This document shows positions 12,471-23,965 of a DNA stretch of 64,000 nucleotides, in pieces. The DNA lies in contig OX597822.1 in assembly GCA_951406725.2 (NCBI GenBank), forward strand, positions 85,808,001 to 85,872,000, written 5' to 3'. Numbering within the stretch: the stretch's first letter is position 1; each line of letters opens with the position of its first letter. The notes under the pieces were generated by a model that was not told the origin of the DNA, searched no databases, and saw only the letters and a list, made by a program, of their open reading frames with translations. Made by a program: the position numbers and the translations under genes. Origin of the DNA: Octopus vulgaris. Taxonomy: Eukaryota.

Positions 12471-12904
12471 ATTCTTAGGTTCCTTTTACACACCTTCATT
12501 CACAAAGCCAAGGTGATTCTTAAGGGCTCATGAAAACAAAAAAGTTTCTTGATAAAAGAGTATTAATCTCAACAGATGAGACGATATCTCCAAGAGGAAG
12601 TGGTGAAATATGATAAATATTAAAGATGTGAAAATACAAATATCCAGAAAGTAAATAGCAACTATAATGAAAGAATAGAAAAGTTAACAAAGAAAGAAAC
12701 AGACATGTAAGCAAGATTCCAGGTCTTGTATATTCATGAAACAGAGAGGGGCACCACAACACATTCTACAGAGTAACTAGAAGGACAAAGACAAATGAAA
12801 ACACTGTACTTACCCCAGGTGCACAGAGCTGGGCTCAATTATGCAGTGAAAGCACACAGTAAAACCACTGCAAAAAAATAATAAAATAACATTATTAATA
12901 ATAA

Positions 12905-13503
12905 TAATGGTTTCAAATTTTGGCACAAGGCCAGCAATTTTGGGGAGTGGGGTAAATCAATTACATCGACCTCAGTTCTCAACTGGTACTTAATTTATTG
13001 GCCCTGAAAGGATGATAGGCAATGTCAACCTCAGCGGAATTTGAACTCAGAATGTAACAACAGGCAAAATACAGCTAAGCATTTCATCTAGTGTACTAAT
13101 GATTCTGCCAGCTCACTGCCTTCAACAACAACAATAATAATAATGGTTTCAAATTTCGGCACAAGGCCAGCAAGTTTGGGGGAGAGGGTAAATCAATTAC
13201 ATTGACCCCAGTGCTCAACTGTTATTTAATTTATTGACCCTGAAAGGATGAAAGGCCAAGTCAACCTTGGTGGAATAATAATAATAATCCTTTCTACTAA
13301 AGGCACAAGGCCTGAAATTTGGGGGGGAGGAGACCAGTCAATTACATCAACCCCAGTGTTTCACTGGTACTTAATTTATAGGCCCCGAAAGGATGAAAGG
13401 CAAAGTCAACCTCAACAAAATTTGAACTCAGAATGTAGCGATGGGAAAAATACTGCTAAGCATTTTGCCCAGTGGGCTAATGATTCTGCTAGCTTGCCTC
13501 CTT
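12905..13503 (-). mobile_element. Cluster of three family-B SINEs in (AAT)n
   Basis: GGTTTCAAATTTTGGCACAAGGCCAGCAA..CCCTGAAAGGATGA..GGAATTTGAACTCAG..GATTCTGCCAGCTC repeated. Confidence 0.85.
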
Positions 13504-13559
13504 AATAATGATGATGATGATGATGATGGTTGAAATAGGCTTAAAATTTAGTAAAACAA

Positions 13560-14700
13560 ACAAGGGCAAAAAAGTGAGCAATTGTCCTCAAAGTAGGATA
13601 AGGACAACCCACAACCCTAGTCATCTTCTGCTTCAATCACTTCCTCAGCACCTTCAGTTTTAGTTTCGATAAGAAGACCCCCAGCGTCCTTTTAGCTGCT
13701 GATCGATGACTGCCATAGTTTTCATTCACAATTGTCTACCATTTTAGTACCCTATGCAATCATCCCTAATCTTTCCTACTTTTTCCTTCCTTCCTTCCTC
13801 CTCAATTATTCCTTTTGAGACCATTCAGGTCATCCAGCAGGTCTGTAGGGTTCTTGCTACTAATTCAGACAACCATGAAACTCAGGTACTCAAAAGGACA
13901 TTGTTGGTACTTGTTGCCACTCGTCTCTAATCCTCAGCTCACTCTTTCTCTTTGCCTCTTCTTTCTTTTGTTTGTTGCCTACAACAAGGGAGTAGGGGCC
14001 GAAACCGGACGTGGTTCCTCTTGATGATGTATTGAGCTAACTGGATCCTATAAAGGAGCTGTTGTGGTAGCAGACCACGAAACATGGTTGTAATTCCTTC
14101 CTTAGATCTTCCTCCAGCCACCATCTCTTGCCATAATTGCAATACAATATGATGAAACTTGTTGCTTAGTGCCTGTAGATGGCTCTGTGATGGAGGACCC
14201 CCAACTCTTTGGTATCCTAAACACATTGGCCCCTAGTGCTAGGGTCACCAAGAATGAGGCAAATCTGTCTTGCTTCTAAGAGGCAAATCTGCTTTGCAAC
14301 ACCCATGGTACCCTCCTCGCACACCTTCACCAGGAACCTTGGATTGCTGTCAGCTGCATCAATATCATCTCCCCTCTTTCTAATCTTCTGGACAGAATGC
14401 CCTTAAGTAGCCTTTACTAACACACGTGTAGCAACTGGGCTTTCTGCCTTGCTCCACCAATCTGACTGACCCCTTCTGCACTCACTAAATGGTGTATAAT
14501 ACTGAGAGAAGAACCTTTTGGAATTCAGGGACATCAGGAACCAACCCCACTTTACCGCATATTTATCATGGGCAATATTGTTTGATTGGCCTAAAAAAAT
14601 ACTAAAAAAATTTATGGAAAAAACAATGAATCACTTCTTTCCAGGTCTTCCCTGGTTCAGTGTTACTGGTCAGTATGTTGTAGGGGCCCCAGGGTCAGGT
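13560..14700 (-). mobile_element. Decayed gag-like ORF1 of a Tx1/L1-like LINE
   Basis: Minus-strand VRLVEQGRKPSCYTCVSKGYLRAFCP at ~14389-14470 is a degenerate CX2CX4HX4C zinc knuckle. Confidence 0.45.
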
Positions 14701-14859
14701 TTGTATTTACTTTTCATTTTATACATGTTAGATCTAGCTTCATAATCTGCGTTAACAATTTTTTTAACTTTGAGGGATTTAAATTCACAATGTAATGGAC
14801 ACATAATAATACTACAAAGCATTTTGTTTACTGCTCTACCAATTCTGCTAATCCACTGC

Positions 14860-15265
14860 CTACTTCCCAACCAAATGATTCCGGGTTCAGTTCCATTGTG
14901 TGACACCACGGGCAAGTGTCTTCTACTATAGCTTGGGACCAACCAAAGCCTTGTGAGTGGATGTGCAAAACAAACCGAAAGAAGTCCATTGTGTGTATGT
15001 GCGTGTGTGCACATGCATATGTGTGTGTGTGTGTGTGTGTGTGTATGCATACGTCTGTGTATGCATGTGTCCCACCATTGCTTGATAACTGGTGTTAGTG
15101 TGTTTACATCCCTGTAACTCTGCAGTTTGGTAAAAGAGACCTACAGGATAAGTACGAGGCTTTAAAAAATAATTAAAAACAAAGTCCTGGAGTCAAACCA
15201 TTTGACTACCAACTTTTCAAGATGGTGTCCCAGCATGGCCGCAGTCTAATGACTGAAACAAGGTA
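14860..15265 (+). mobile_element. Family-A SINE
   Basis: CTTCCCAACC..CCGGGTTCAGTTCC..GGGCAAGTGTCTTCTACTATAGC..CCAGCATGGCCGCAGTCTAATGACTGAAACAAG. Confidence 0.85.
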
Positions 15266-16064
15266 AAACACACACACACACAGCATATAGAAATATAATT
15301 CATAGGTCCCAGCATACACGTGCAGAACTTTATTAATACAAGGAAAGTTGAAATACTAAAATAAAAAAACCCAATACAGGAAACTTGATTATTTTTTGAT
15401 AACTTCAACACATTACAACATTTTGGCTCTTTGCCAAGACTAGCTCTACAAATTTACAGAATCTACTGCTGCTAGTCCTGCTGACCACTTTATTTCCAAC
15501 ACACAAAACTCCTCCCAAACCCCAGTTCTCCATTCCACCTATCTCACTATCATGGCACAAACAGTTGCTAAGTGTGGAAACTTCTCACATTCAACTGAGA
15601 TATATTTCACAACAAAAGCCTACTTCTATGGACAGAGATTTCTCGTTTTTAAGGACCAACACTAAACAGCTATGCTTCATTCCACTAATCAAACATTACA
15701 TGGTTGTAGCTTGACCTGCCAGAAATCGCAGTCAAATCTCTACTGAATGTCATACAAGAAAATCTCTACATGGTTGCTTGATATGTTAGAGATAGCAGCC
15801 AAATTTCTATCAGATTTCATTTTACTTTCATTATCAACATAATGGGATGGTCGTGATTGAAATGCTTTTGTTAGTAGTTCAGTCAAAAGAGAGGTGGGGG
15901 AGGGGGAATCAGAGTTCATTTTGACATGAGACAGTTTTGTTCCATTTTGTTTTTTCTAATGATTTTTAGCAATGCTGGAAGTAAGAAAAGCAAAACTAAC
16001 TTTGGTAAGATTTGATCTCAAATATGAAAGGTATGAAACTAAATCAAGTAAAATATTGATTGTT

Positions 16065-16253
16065 TCACATTTAAACTGGCCACAGCCAGTCATTCGACCT
16101 GTTTTATGTTCAAAATGTCAAGATCTGACCACTAGAATGTCATTCTAAAAATATACAATCACATCATTGAAATCTCAGGGCTATGAGGTTATGTGGGATT
16201 AATTTAAAACAAAGTGAATTCATAAGTATTAAATCTGAATGCTAAAGGGTTAA
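16065..16253 (-). mobile_element. piggyBac-like MITE (same family as 41185)
   Basis: Ends GAATGCTAAAGGG-TTAA; body is the reverse complement of 41189-41400. Confidence 0.6.
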
Positions 16254-16794
16254 ACTGAGTCCTCAACCCCTTCAGCCATGACTACCACCCTAGAAAAAGA
16301 AGACATGACATGCACAGGTCTGTATACATGACAATGATTGACATGTGTTTCAAATGAGTAATAGCTGCTGCCTCTTGTACAAGTTGGATTTCTTTCTACT
16401 AAGCAGCAGCACCATTTCTATGAAAGGTCACATATAACTGCCAAAAACAAAGAAAAAAAAAACCTGTGTCCAGTCAGTAAAAGAAGCAGAAAAATGAGAA
16501 ATCATTTAGTAATTATCTTTTTGTAAAATTGTGTGACTGAACAAAATTGCTTTCCAAACATGTTAATAGTTTGGAGATAATGGGTAGGTTGGTGGAAGGG
16601 GCTGAGAGTGACACAGTTGGTATGAATCCCTGGCTGAGACATAATTTGCTTCAGATCCAAAGAATTCAACATAATTCTTGCAGCAACCTCTGTGACTCTG
16701 CAACAAGACATTCTGGACTACATATCAAAACTAAGTCACTCTGATGGATCTTCATTCATTCTGCTCCACAACCTTGGATCCACCATTCTTATAT

Positions 16795-17215
16795 TTTTTA
16801 CTTGTTTCAGTTATCAGACTGCAGCCAAGCTGGGGCACCACCTTGGAGAAGTTTTAGACAAATTAATCAATTCCAGTAATTTTCTTCCTTTTTTTTTCTT
16901 TTTAAGCCTGATACTTATCCTATTAGTTTCTTTTGCCAAATCACTAAGTCATGAGGACATAACCAAACCAACACAGTTATCAAGTGGTGGTGGGGACAAA
17001 CGGAGACACAGACACACACACACACACATAGACATATACACAAACACACATGACAGGCTTCTTTCAGTTTCCATTTACCAAATCCACTCTCAAGGCTTTG
17101 CTTGGCCCAAGGCTATAGTGAAAGATACTTGCCCAAGGTGCCATGCAGTAGGATCAAACCCAAGAACATGTGGTTGGGAGGCAAACTCCTTACCACCCGG
17201 CCACACCTGTGCCTA
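16795..17215 (-). mobile_element. Family-A SINE
   Basis: TTACTTGTTTCAG..CTTTCAGTTTCC..CAAATCCACT..ACTTGCCCAAGGTGCCATGCAG..GGTTGGGAGGCAAAC. Confidence 0.85.
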
Positions 17216-20200
17216 TACATATATCTATCTTCCATCTTTCCTATAATGACCTCTGCTTCTTTGAAAATGTAGCCCTCTATTGTTACTAATTAAATCCACT
17301 CAATATTGTACATTATGGCACAGAAAGAACCCCTTCGTCCTTTGTGAAAAATAGTAGTGTAATCTCCCTCAAATCAGACCTAACTGTCTGAAAAAGGAAC
17401 AAGCTATTTCTCTTAGAGACAGTAGAACTGAATCAAAGACAGGATTATCAAGATGACTAGAACCCCTTTGATCATAACTAGTCTGCTCAGTATCAGGACC
17501 GAGCTGGAGCTGAACAACAATAAAAACTCCATACCTTAAACCCCCATCTCCTCCTCAAGATATACTTGAGCCTTCCTCGTCACATCTGTAACTCTACAAC
17601 TCACTCCTTCCTCATGTTTTCCACCCAACATTTTCCCTAAAATTGCAATCTAGCTAAGAATCACACTGGAACCAGTTATCTTTACTTCTTACTCAGAAAG
17701 ATTTTAAAAGTCCACAGATCACCACACACACACACACACATAGTCTCAAATTAATTAATAAATTTTTTTTTTAAAGCTGAACTAATGAATGCAGTGATTT
17801 TGTAATCAAAACTCTGTTTTAATATTGAAATGACTGACATTATAAAAAAAAAAGCTTACTCTTCTCACCCAGCTAGGAGGTTAGAAAACTGTCAACTGGT
17901 AGATTCAATGGCAGAGAATCAGTTAGGGTTTCCCAGCCACCATAATTAAAACTTTAATAGCCAAAAGGATAGCAGTTGATTAGTAATTCTTTTTATAACT
18001 CAAAAATGTTAGAAAACAAGTGTATGATAATCCAAACTTACAAGATTAACAAGGCACCAAGCTGTGTTTATCCCAGGAAAGCCTAGCTGTAGAGTGATTC
18101 TTAACTTGTAGACAGCAAGTCTGAATAGGAGGCATACACAATGAAATAAGGCCAATGAGGATGACCAAACAAAAATAAATGGATCTGATTGTAGTGTAAA
18201 AGGATACTATCATAATTATGCAATCTTATTTCCCCAATCTTTTTTTCCCTAACCACAGTATTTCAACTGAATACAGAATGTGTGTGTGTGTGTGTGCACG
18301 CATGCGCACTGTCATTGTACAGCACAGAATTGTTGTCTATTCAGTCTAAAAGAAAGAAAACTAGGCCATAAATATAATAATCTGTAATGATGATTGCTTT
18401 ATTAGATAGAGCAGGGGAGCTAAGGAGAGGAAATTATTTCACCATTTGTGACAGAAATGAAGGCCATTGTCAGACAGACATTATTAATCCCCAGATTATA
18501 TATAAAATATACCCTTTATATATCTATATATATATGACATAATCGTGACAGAACAAACAACAGATATATGGAAAGGTTAGGCTTATTAAGAGAAAATGTG
18601 CATCAAAAATTTACAAACTTTCAAAGGAAACAAAACCTGGCCATGAGGCATGATAATCTGTTAATATGTAGTTAATGTATTAGATTATTACCTACTTCTG
18701 TATTACTTGGTCTTAGCAGAGGCCATTGTATTGCAACTTTGAACATTTAAACCAATTAACAGTTTAGTTTAGACAGCAACATCAACAGTTTGGAGAAAGT
18801 TTATTATTTAATTGGTGTTATAACTGTGACTAATATCTCTTAAGAATCTCTTTTAAGGGACAATAAGGAGCTATTTGAAATTACTTTGATTGCCAAGTCA
18901 ATGAAATGGCTACTTAGTAATTCCTTTGTTAGTTTACTGATCAAGCTTTCCTCTTGTGATTCCCTTCCATTGTTAAAGCTGCATGGAATATAACTTGAAG
19001 AATTACTTAAAACTTCTCTTAACATCACAATGGCAACAGAAACTCTGACGTTGGCCACTACATCTTATCAATCAAGTAATTATATAGAAATTCCATTGTA
19101 GTTACTACCAGAGTGTTCAATTATTAAAGAGTAGAATAGATGAGAGGACGACACAGCATGCCTTGATTGTTATACCATATAATCTCCAGAGTCAAGATGG
19201 AGTGAATAGCATGATTTCAAGACAAACATAAGTAATATCTGGTACTTGAGAAGTGTTCTAAAATATTAGATGAGATATCACCATTAGGCTATATTTAAAA
19301 ATTAAACCACTGAGGCTGTGCTATATGTTTTCATGAATAGACTTGACTCTTCAAAAGCCACTGCTTCACAAACTGATTTTAACTGAAAAAGTGTAACTTA
19401 TAAAATAAGAGAGAAAATGAAAAAAGATAAGCAACCGAAAGAATTAATGCATAAGTTAAGCAGCTTTGAACAAGAGTTCTGCCAAAGATAGGGGGAGTAG
19501 AATCTTGTTACATGCAAAGGTACTTTGTTTTGGGGTCTGTCAAACCTCAAAGACTTTGTAATACCAAGAAAATACTCCGAAAAACAATGGCAAAGACATG
19601 GCCATCCAACCTCATTCCTAAAATGTTTCAACTGCTTATCTGTTACACCAATAACATAAAAGCAGCACAGTTTGGAAGGACAGATTTCAAGAGGCTGATT
19701 GGCAGCAGCAACCGTTCAAGAATTTGGACCTGGAGATCTCCATTTCCAGCAACTTCGACGGCCACCTCCCAGTGGTGTCAGGCATCAACAAAGAGCCCCC
19801 GTCTTGTTGCTTAACAACAACAACAGCAGCAATATGAAGAGAATATTTTCATTGGTTTAGACTTTGTGCAGTTGTTAAGTTCAATGGGCAGCAGATCAAT
19901 AATTAGAGGTGAGACTTGCAGGATTTTACCTTCAAGTAGTAGTAGTTGTAATTCCACCAACCCCACTTGTCAACCCTGGTCAAGTAAACAAATGACAAGG
20001 CATTCCAGTCGTGGCCATCCTGTCTTCCAAGGGATATCTATCCTTTCTATATTTAAGACATTAAGGATGTGATTTTGAGCCTGCTATTTCAACAAGGCAA
20101 CATCTGGGTAGCCTAATGACTACACACAGGTTACCTTGGCAGATCATTCACATTGTAGTTTATATATGTTAAATAAAATATAAATAATCTATGATTAGTA

Positions 20201-20278
20201 TCATATAATTAAGGGCCATTAAGAGGTTCAACAATGTATAATGGGATTAGTGAAGACACAGGAAATAATAGGAACCCA

Positions 20279-20513
20279 TTAACCCATTAAGTCCCACTAT
20301 CCTATAAATAGGACACTAAACGAAAACATTAAATAAGCTATATCACATTGTCTCAATGTCCTATTTATAGGGCATTGAGTATTTCCATTTCTACTTGAAG
20401 TAAAGGAATTTTAATAATAATTTTTTACCCTAACTCTAACCTATTTTCAATCATTTGTAAAAATTTAAAAGTAATATTCAGAAATTTAAGTACTCTGAGA
20501 CTTAATGGGTTAA
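20279..20513. mobile_element. piggyBac-like MITE, 227 bp, with TTAA target-site duplications
   Basis: TTAA|CCCATTAAGTC ... GACTTAATGGG|TTAA; internal inverted repeat TCCTATAAATAGGACA / TGTCCTATTTATAGG. Confidence 0.75.
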
Positions 20514-20654
20514 ACATGTCAGCAGAGAAGTCTAAACAAATGAAAAGCCAACGATGATGATTCATCCATAATAGATGAAGGAGACGAGAAGATGTTATTG
20601 GAGTACAAAGTTTGTAGAGTGATGGGAAAACATTTAGTAGTAGTAGTGGTGGTG

Positions 20655-20697
<43 letters not shown>

Positions 20698-20727
20698 ATC
20701 ACTATCTCATTACACTCACCACAGATA

Positions 20728-20947
20728 TTGGTTTCAAATTTTGGCACAAGGCCAGCAATTTCAGGGACATGGGTAGGTCAATGACATTGACCCCCAATAT
20801 TCAAATAGGACTTACTTTATTGACCCTGAAAGGATGAAATGCAAAGTGAATCTCATTGGCACTTGAACTCAGAATGTAAAGTCAGAAGAAATGCCGATGA
20901 GCAATTTTACCAAACATGGCAGTGATTCTGTCAGCTCACTGCCTTAC
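20728..20947 (-). mobile_element. Family-B SINE
   Basis: GGTTTCAAATTTTGGCACAAGGCCAGC..GACCCTGAAAGGATGA..TTGAACTCAGAATG. Confidence 0.8.
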
Positions 20948-20959
20948 ACCTGATATTAT

Positions 20960-21275
20960 TGTTGGGAATACCAAAGAGTTGGGCCTCATGCAGGCAGTGA
21001 CAGGTGACCGAGACCTTTGGCAATATACTGTGCTGTGTAGACATGTCAAGCCAAGCGAGACCATAGCCATGGCCAATGCCAATGTCAGGTCAATGGCACC
21101 TGTGCTGGCGGCACATAAAAAACACCCACTACACTCTCGGAGTGGTTGGCATTAGGAAGGGCATCCAGCTGTAGAAACCATACCAAATCAGATTGCAACT
21201 TGGTCCAGCTTACCAGTTTTCAGTCAAACCGTCCAACCCATGCCAGCATGGAAAACAGATGTTAAGTGATGATGA
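20960..21275 (+). mobile_element. RTE LINE 3' end (ORF end + 3' UTR)
   Basis: LGLMQAVTGDRDLWQYTVL followed by the GGAAGGGCATCCAGCTGTAGAAACC tail and (GAT)n. Confidence 0.75.
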
Positions 21276-21324
21276 TTGAAGAGTATTAGAGACATTAAAG
21301 AAATAACAGAAATACCAAATATTA

Positions 21325-21580
21325 GGCATAGCTGTGTGGTAAGAAGTTTGCTTCCCAACCACATGGTTCCAGGTTCAGACCTAATGCTTGACACCTTGGA
21401 CAAGTGTCTTCTACCATAGTGTTAGGCCAATCAAAGCCTTCTGAGAGGATTTGGTAGATGGAAACTAAATGAAGCCCATTGTATATATAACATGTGTTTG
21501 TCTTTGTCAAAGTGTTTGTCCCTCCACCACTACTTGATAACCGCTAACTTAGCGATTCAACAAAAGATACCAATAGACCT
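21325..21580 (+). mobile_element. Family-A SINE
   Basis: GGCATAGCTGTGTGGTAAGAAGTTTGCTTCCCAACCACATGGTTCCAGGTTCAG. Confidence 0.8.
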
Positions 21581-21584
21581 TGAC

Positions 21585-22175
21585 ACAATCAAGGAGATCT
21601 TGTGCAACTGAAACTCAAGTGTCATTTTGGTCAGCTGAAAGCAGTTTTGGAACAAACTTGGCAGACACGCGTCTCGTACCCAAATCTTCAGTGATAATGG
21701 ACTGAACGGAACTGTAACTAATCTGCACATCCTCTGATAACTCATGGATGGTGATTCAATGATTTCACCTCACAGCTGCACACACATCTGTTATATTTTT
21801 CTCAGTTCTGCTGGTTGTAGGTCTTCTAAAACATTCATCATATTGACATTTTTTTGGCCATCTTGGTAATTTCTGAACCAATGGTACACTTGTGTGGATC
21901 ATACATTCCTCTCCATACACTTTCTGCAACTTTGCATAGGCTTCTGAGCAGGTATCACCATGACAACTTTCTCTGTCATGGTCAATGCATTGATCACACG
22001 CTACACACATTCCTTCCAGGCACTGCTGTAAATAGCAGAAGTGAGCTAGAACATTAAAACTTAGTGTGCATGCACAGCAGAGTTCAAAGTCAATCTGTAC
22101 CAGGTGGCTTCACTCTGCATGCTTTAGCTTCGTTACTATAGCAACAGTCTGGATACTTATTGATCAGACCTTGTA
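21585..22175 (-). mobile_element. Mariner transposon 5' half (TIR + HTH region), decayed
   Basis: TA + TIR-like CAAGGTCTGATCAATAAGTATCCAGACT; encodes GDTCSEAYAKLQKVYGEECM..RPTTSRTEKNI..ELSEDVQISYSSVQSIITEDLGTRRVSAKFVPKLLS. Confidence 0.85.
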
Positions 22176-23549
22176 TATGATGGGCTTCTTTCAGTTTCCA
22201 TCTACCAAATCCACTCAACCTGAGGCTATAGAAGAAAACACCTGTCCAAGGTTCCATGCAGTGGAACTAAACCCAGAACCATGGGGTTGAAAAGCAAAAT
22301 TCTCAACACACAGCCCCACCTGCACCTATTTCTGTATCTATTTAATGTTATTTACTTAATGTTTTATTGAAACATCAGAGAAATCCTATTATCTTCTGAG
22401 ATCAAGGGTCCAAGATCAGAATTCAATCAAACAACTTTTACATTATTTTTAACAAATTCCATTTCGAAAGGTGACGCATATTATTGTTATTGGAATTTTC
22501 AATTTTCTAACAATCATTTCCTCTTTTTTTCTTCTCTCTCTAATGACTTATTTTTCTTACAGAAGCATAAAATCTCAAATTCACGGAAAGGGGAAAATGG
22601 GAAATTGTAAATATAACTGAAAAAAAGAAAGAAAAAACAGTAAAGGGTTCAAGACTGAACAGTGACCCAAGTTACATCATGAAGAGGATGGATGCTCCTA
22701 GCAACAATCAGCTTGCTTAGATTCCTGGCTTAGATCAATTCTTTTATATATTCAATATGGCTGTAGTGAAAAGATTTTATTGCTTCTACATCTGACCCTA
22801 TTACAAAACTCAAATTTGCTTTACACAGATTCCACATCAACAACCAATCGAAGGGAACATCAAGTCCAATAGTAGCTGTATACTTAACACTGCTATCCAG
22901 GCCTTTCCCCAGGGGTATTTGAAACCTGATTCAGTTTCAACTGGGAATGAAAACTAGGTCAAAGCAATTCTATAACAAATAATCAATAAATAAAACACCA
23001 AAAGAATAAACATGCCAATAGATAAAGCAAGAAGCCAAGCTGGAGCAAATAATGACTGGGACAACATGACTAATGACTGATATTACAGCATCTAGCATGG
23101 GAAACTAATCATTTTTAAGTTGTATCAATTTGGAAAGCAGACCCTGAATAAATAAAATAGCAGAGTGAATAGGATAATAGACCACCAAGAAGTCAAAGAC
23201 CATGAGTTCAAGTCCATCACAGGCATTTTCTTATATACTTATTTTATATATTGTTGTTTGTATACAAAGCCATTATTGGTCTATAATGGATCGATCCCTG
23301 ATTCATAGAAATGGTGTACATTATTCCTCTTCAAAGATGCACGCACACACACACATATAAAATGGTATTCCACACATTTTCAACCAAGTACCTTTCTCAA
23401 GGTAATGGTCAACCCAAGGCATCAAGTCCAGGACCCCACGACTGACAAGTGAATGCCTTAACTCCACAACTATATTAGATCCACTATTTTGCAGTTTCGC
23501 ACAGTGTCAGAAACACCTTAAAGATCTTTTGCAAATATAAGAAACTAAT

Positions 23550-23965
23550 ATTGGTTTCAAATTTTGGCACAAGGCCAGCAATTTTGGGGAGTGGGGTAAA
23601 TCAAGTTCTCAACTGATATATAATTTATTGGCTCTGAAAGGACGATAGGCAATGTTGACCTCAGCGGAATTTGAACTCAGACTGTAGCAACAGGTGAAAT
23701 ACAGCTAAGCATTTCATCCAGTGTGCTAATCATTCTGCCAGCTCGCTGCCTTCAACAATAATAATAATAATGGTTTCAAATTTTGGCACAAGGCCAGCAA
23801 CACTGGGAGAGAGGGTAAATTAATTACATTGACCCCAGTGCTCAACTGGTATTTAATTTAAGGATGAAAGGCCAAGTCAACCTTGTCAGAATTGCAACTC
23901 ACAATGCAAAGATGGATGAAATGCTACTAAGCACTTTGCTAACGATTCTGCTAGCTCATCACCTT
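23550..23965 (-). mobile_element. Tandem pair of family-B SINEs, near copy of 12905-13275
   Basis: Shares private variants and the (AAC/AAT) junction with 12905-13275. Confidence 0.85.

Noticed and set aside
18800-19640. Possible very old Penelope ORF remnant on the minus strand (..RPQNKVPL..SPYL..)
   Set aside because: Motifs too degenerate to support by eye; needs a tBLASTx/HMM search
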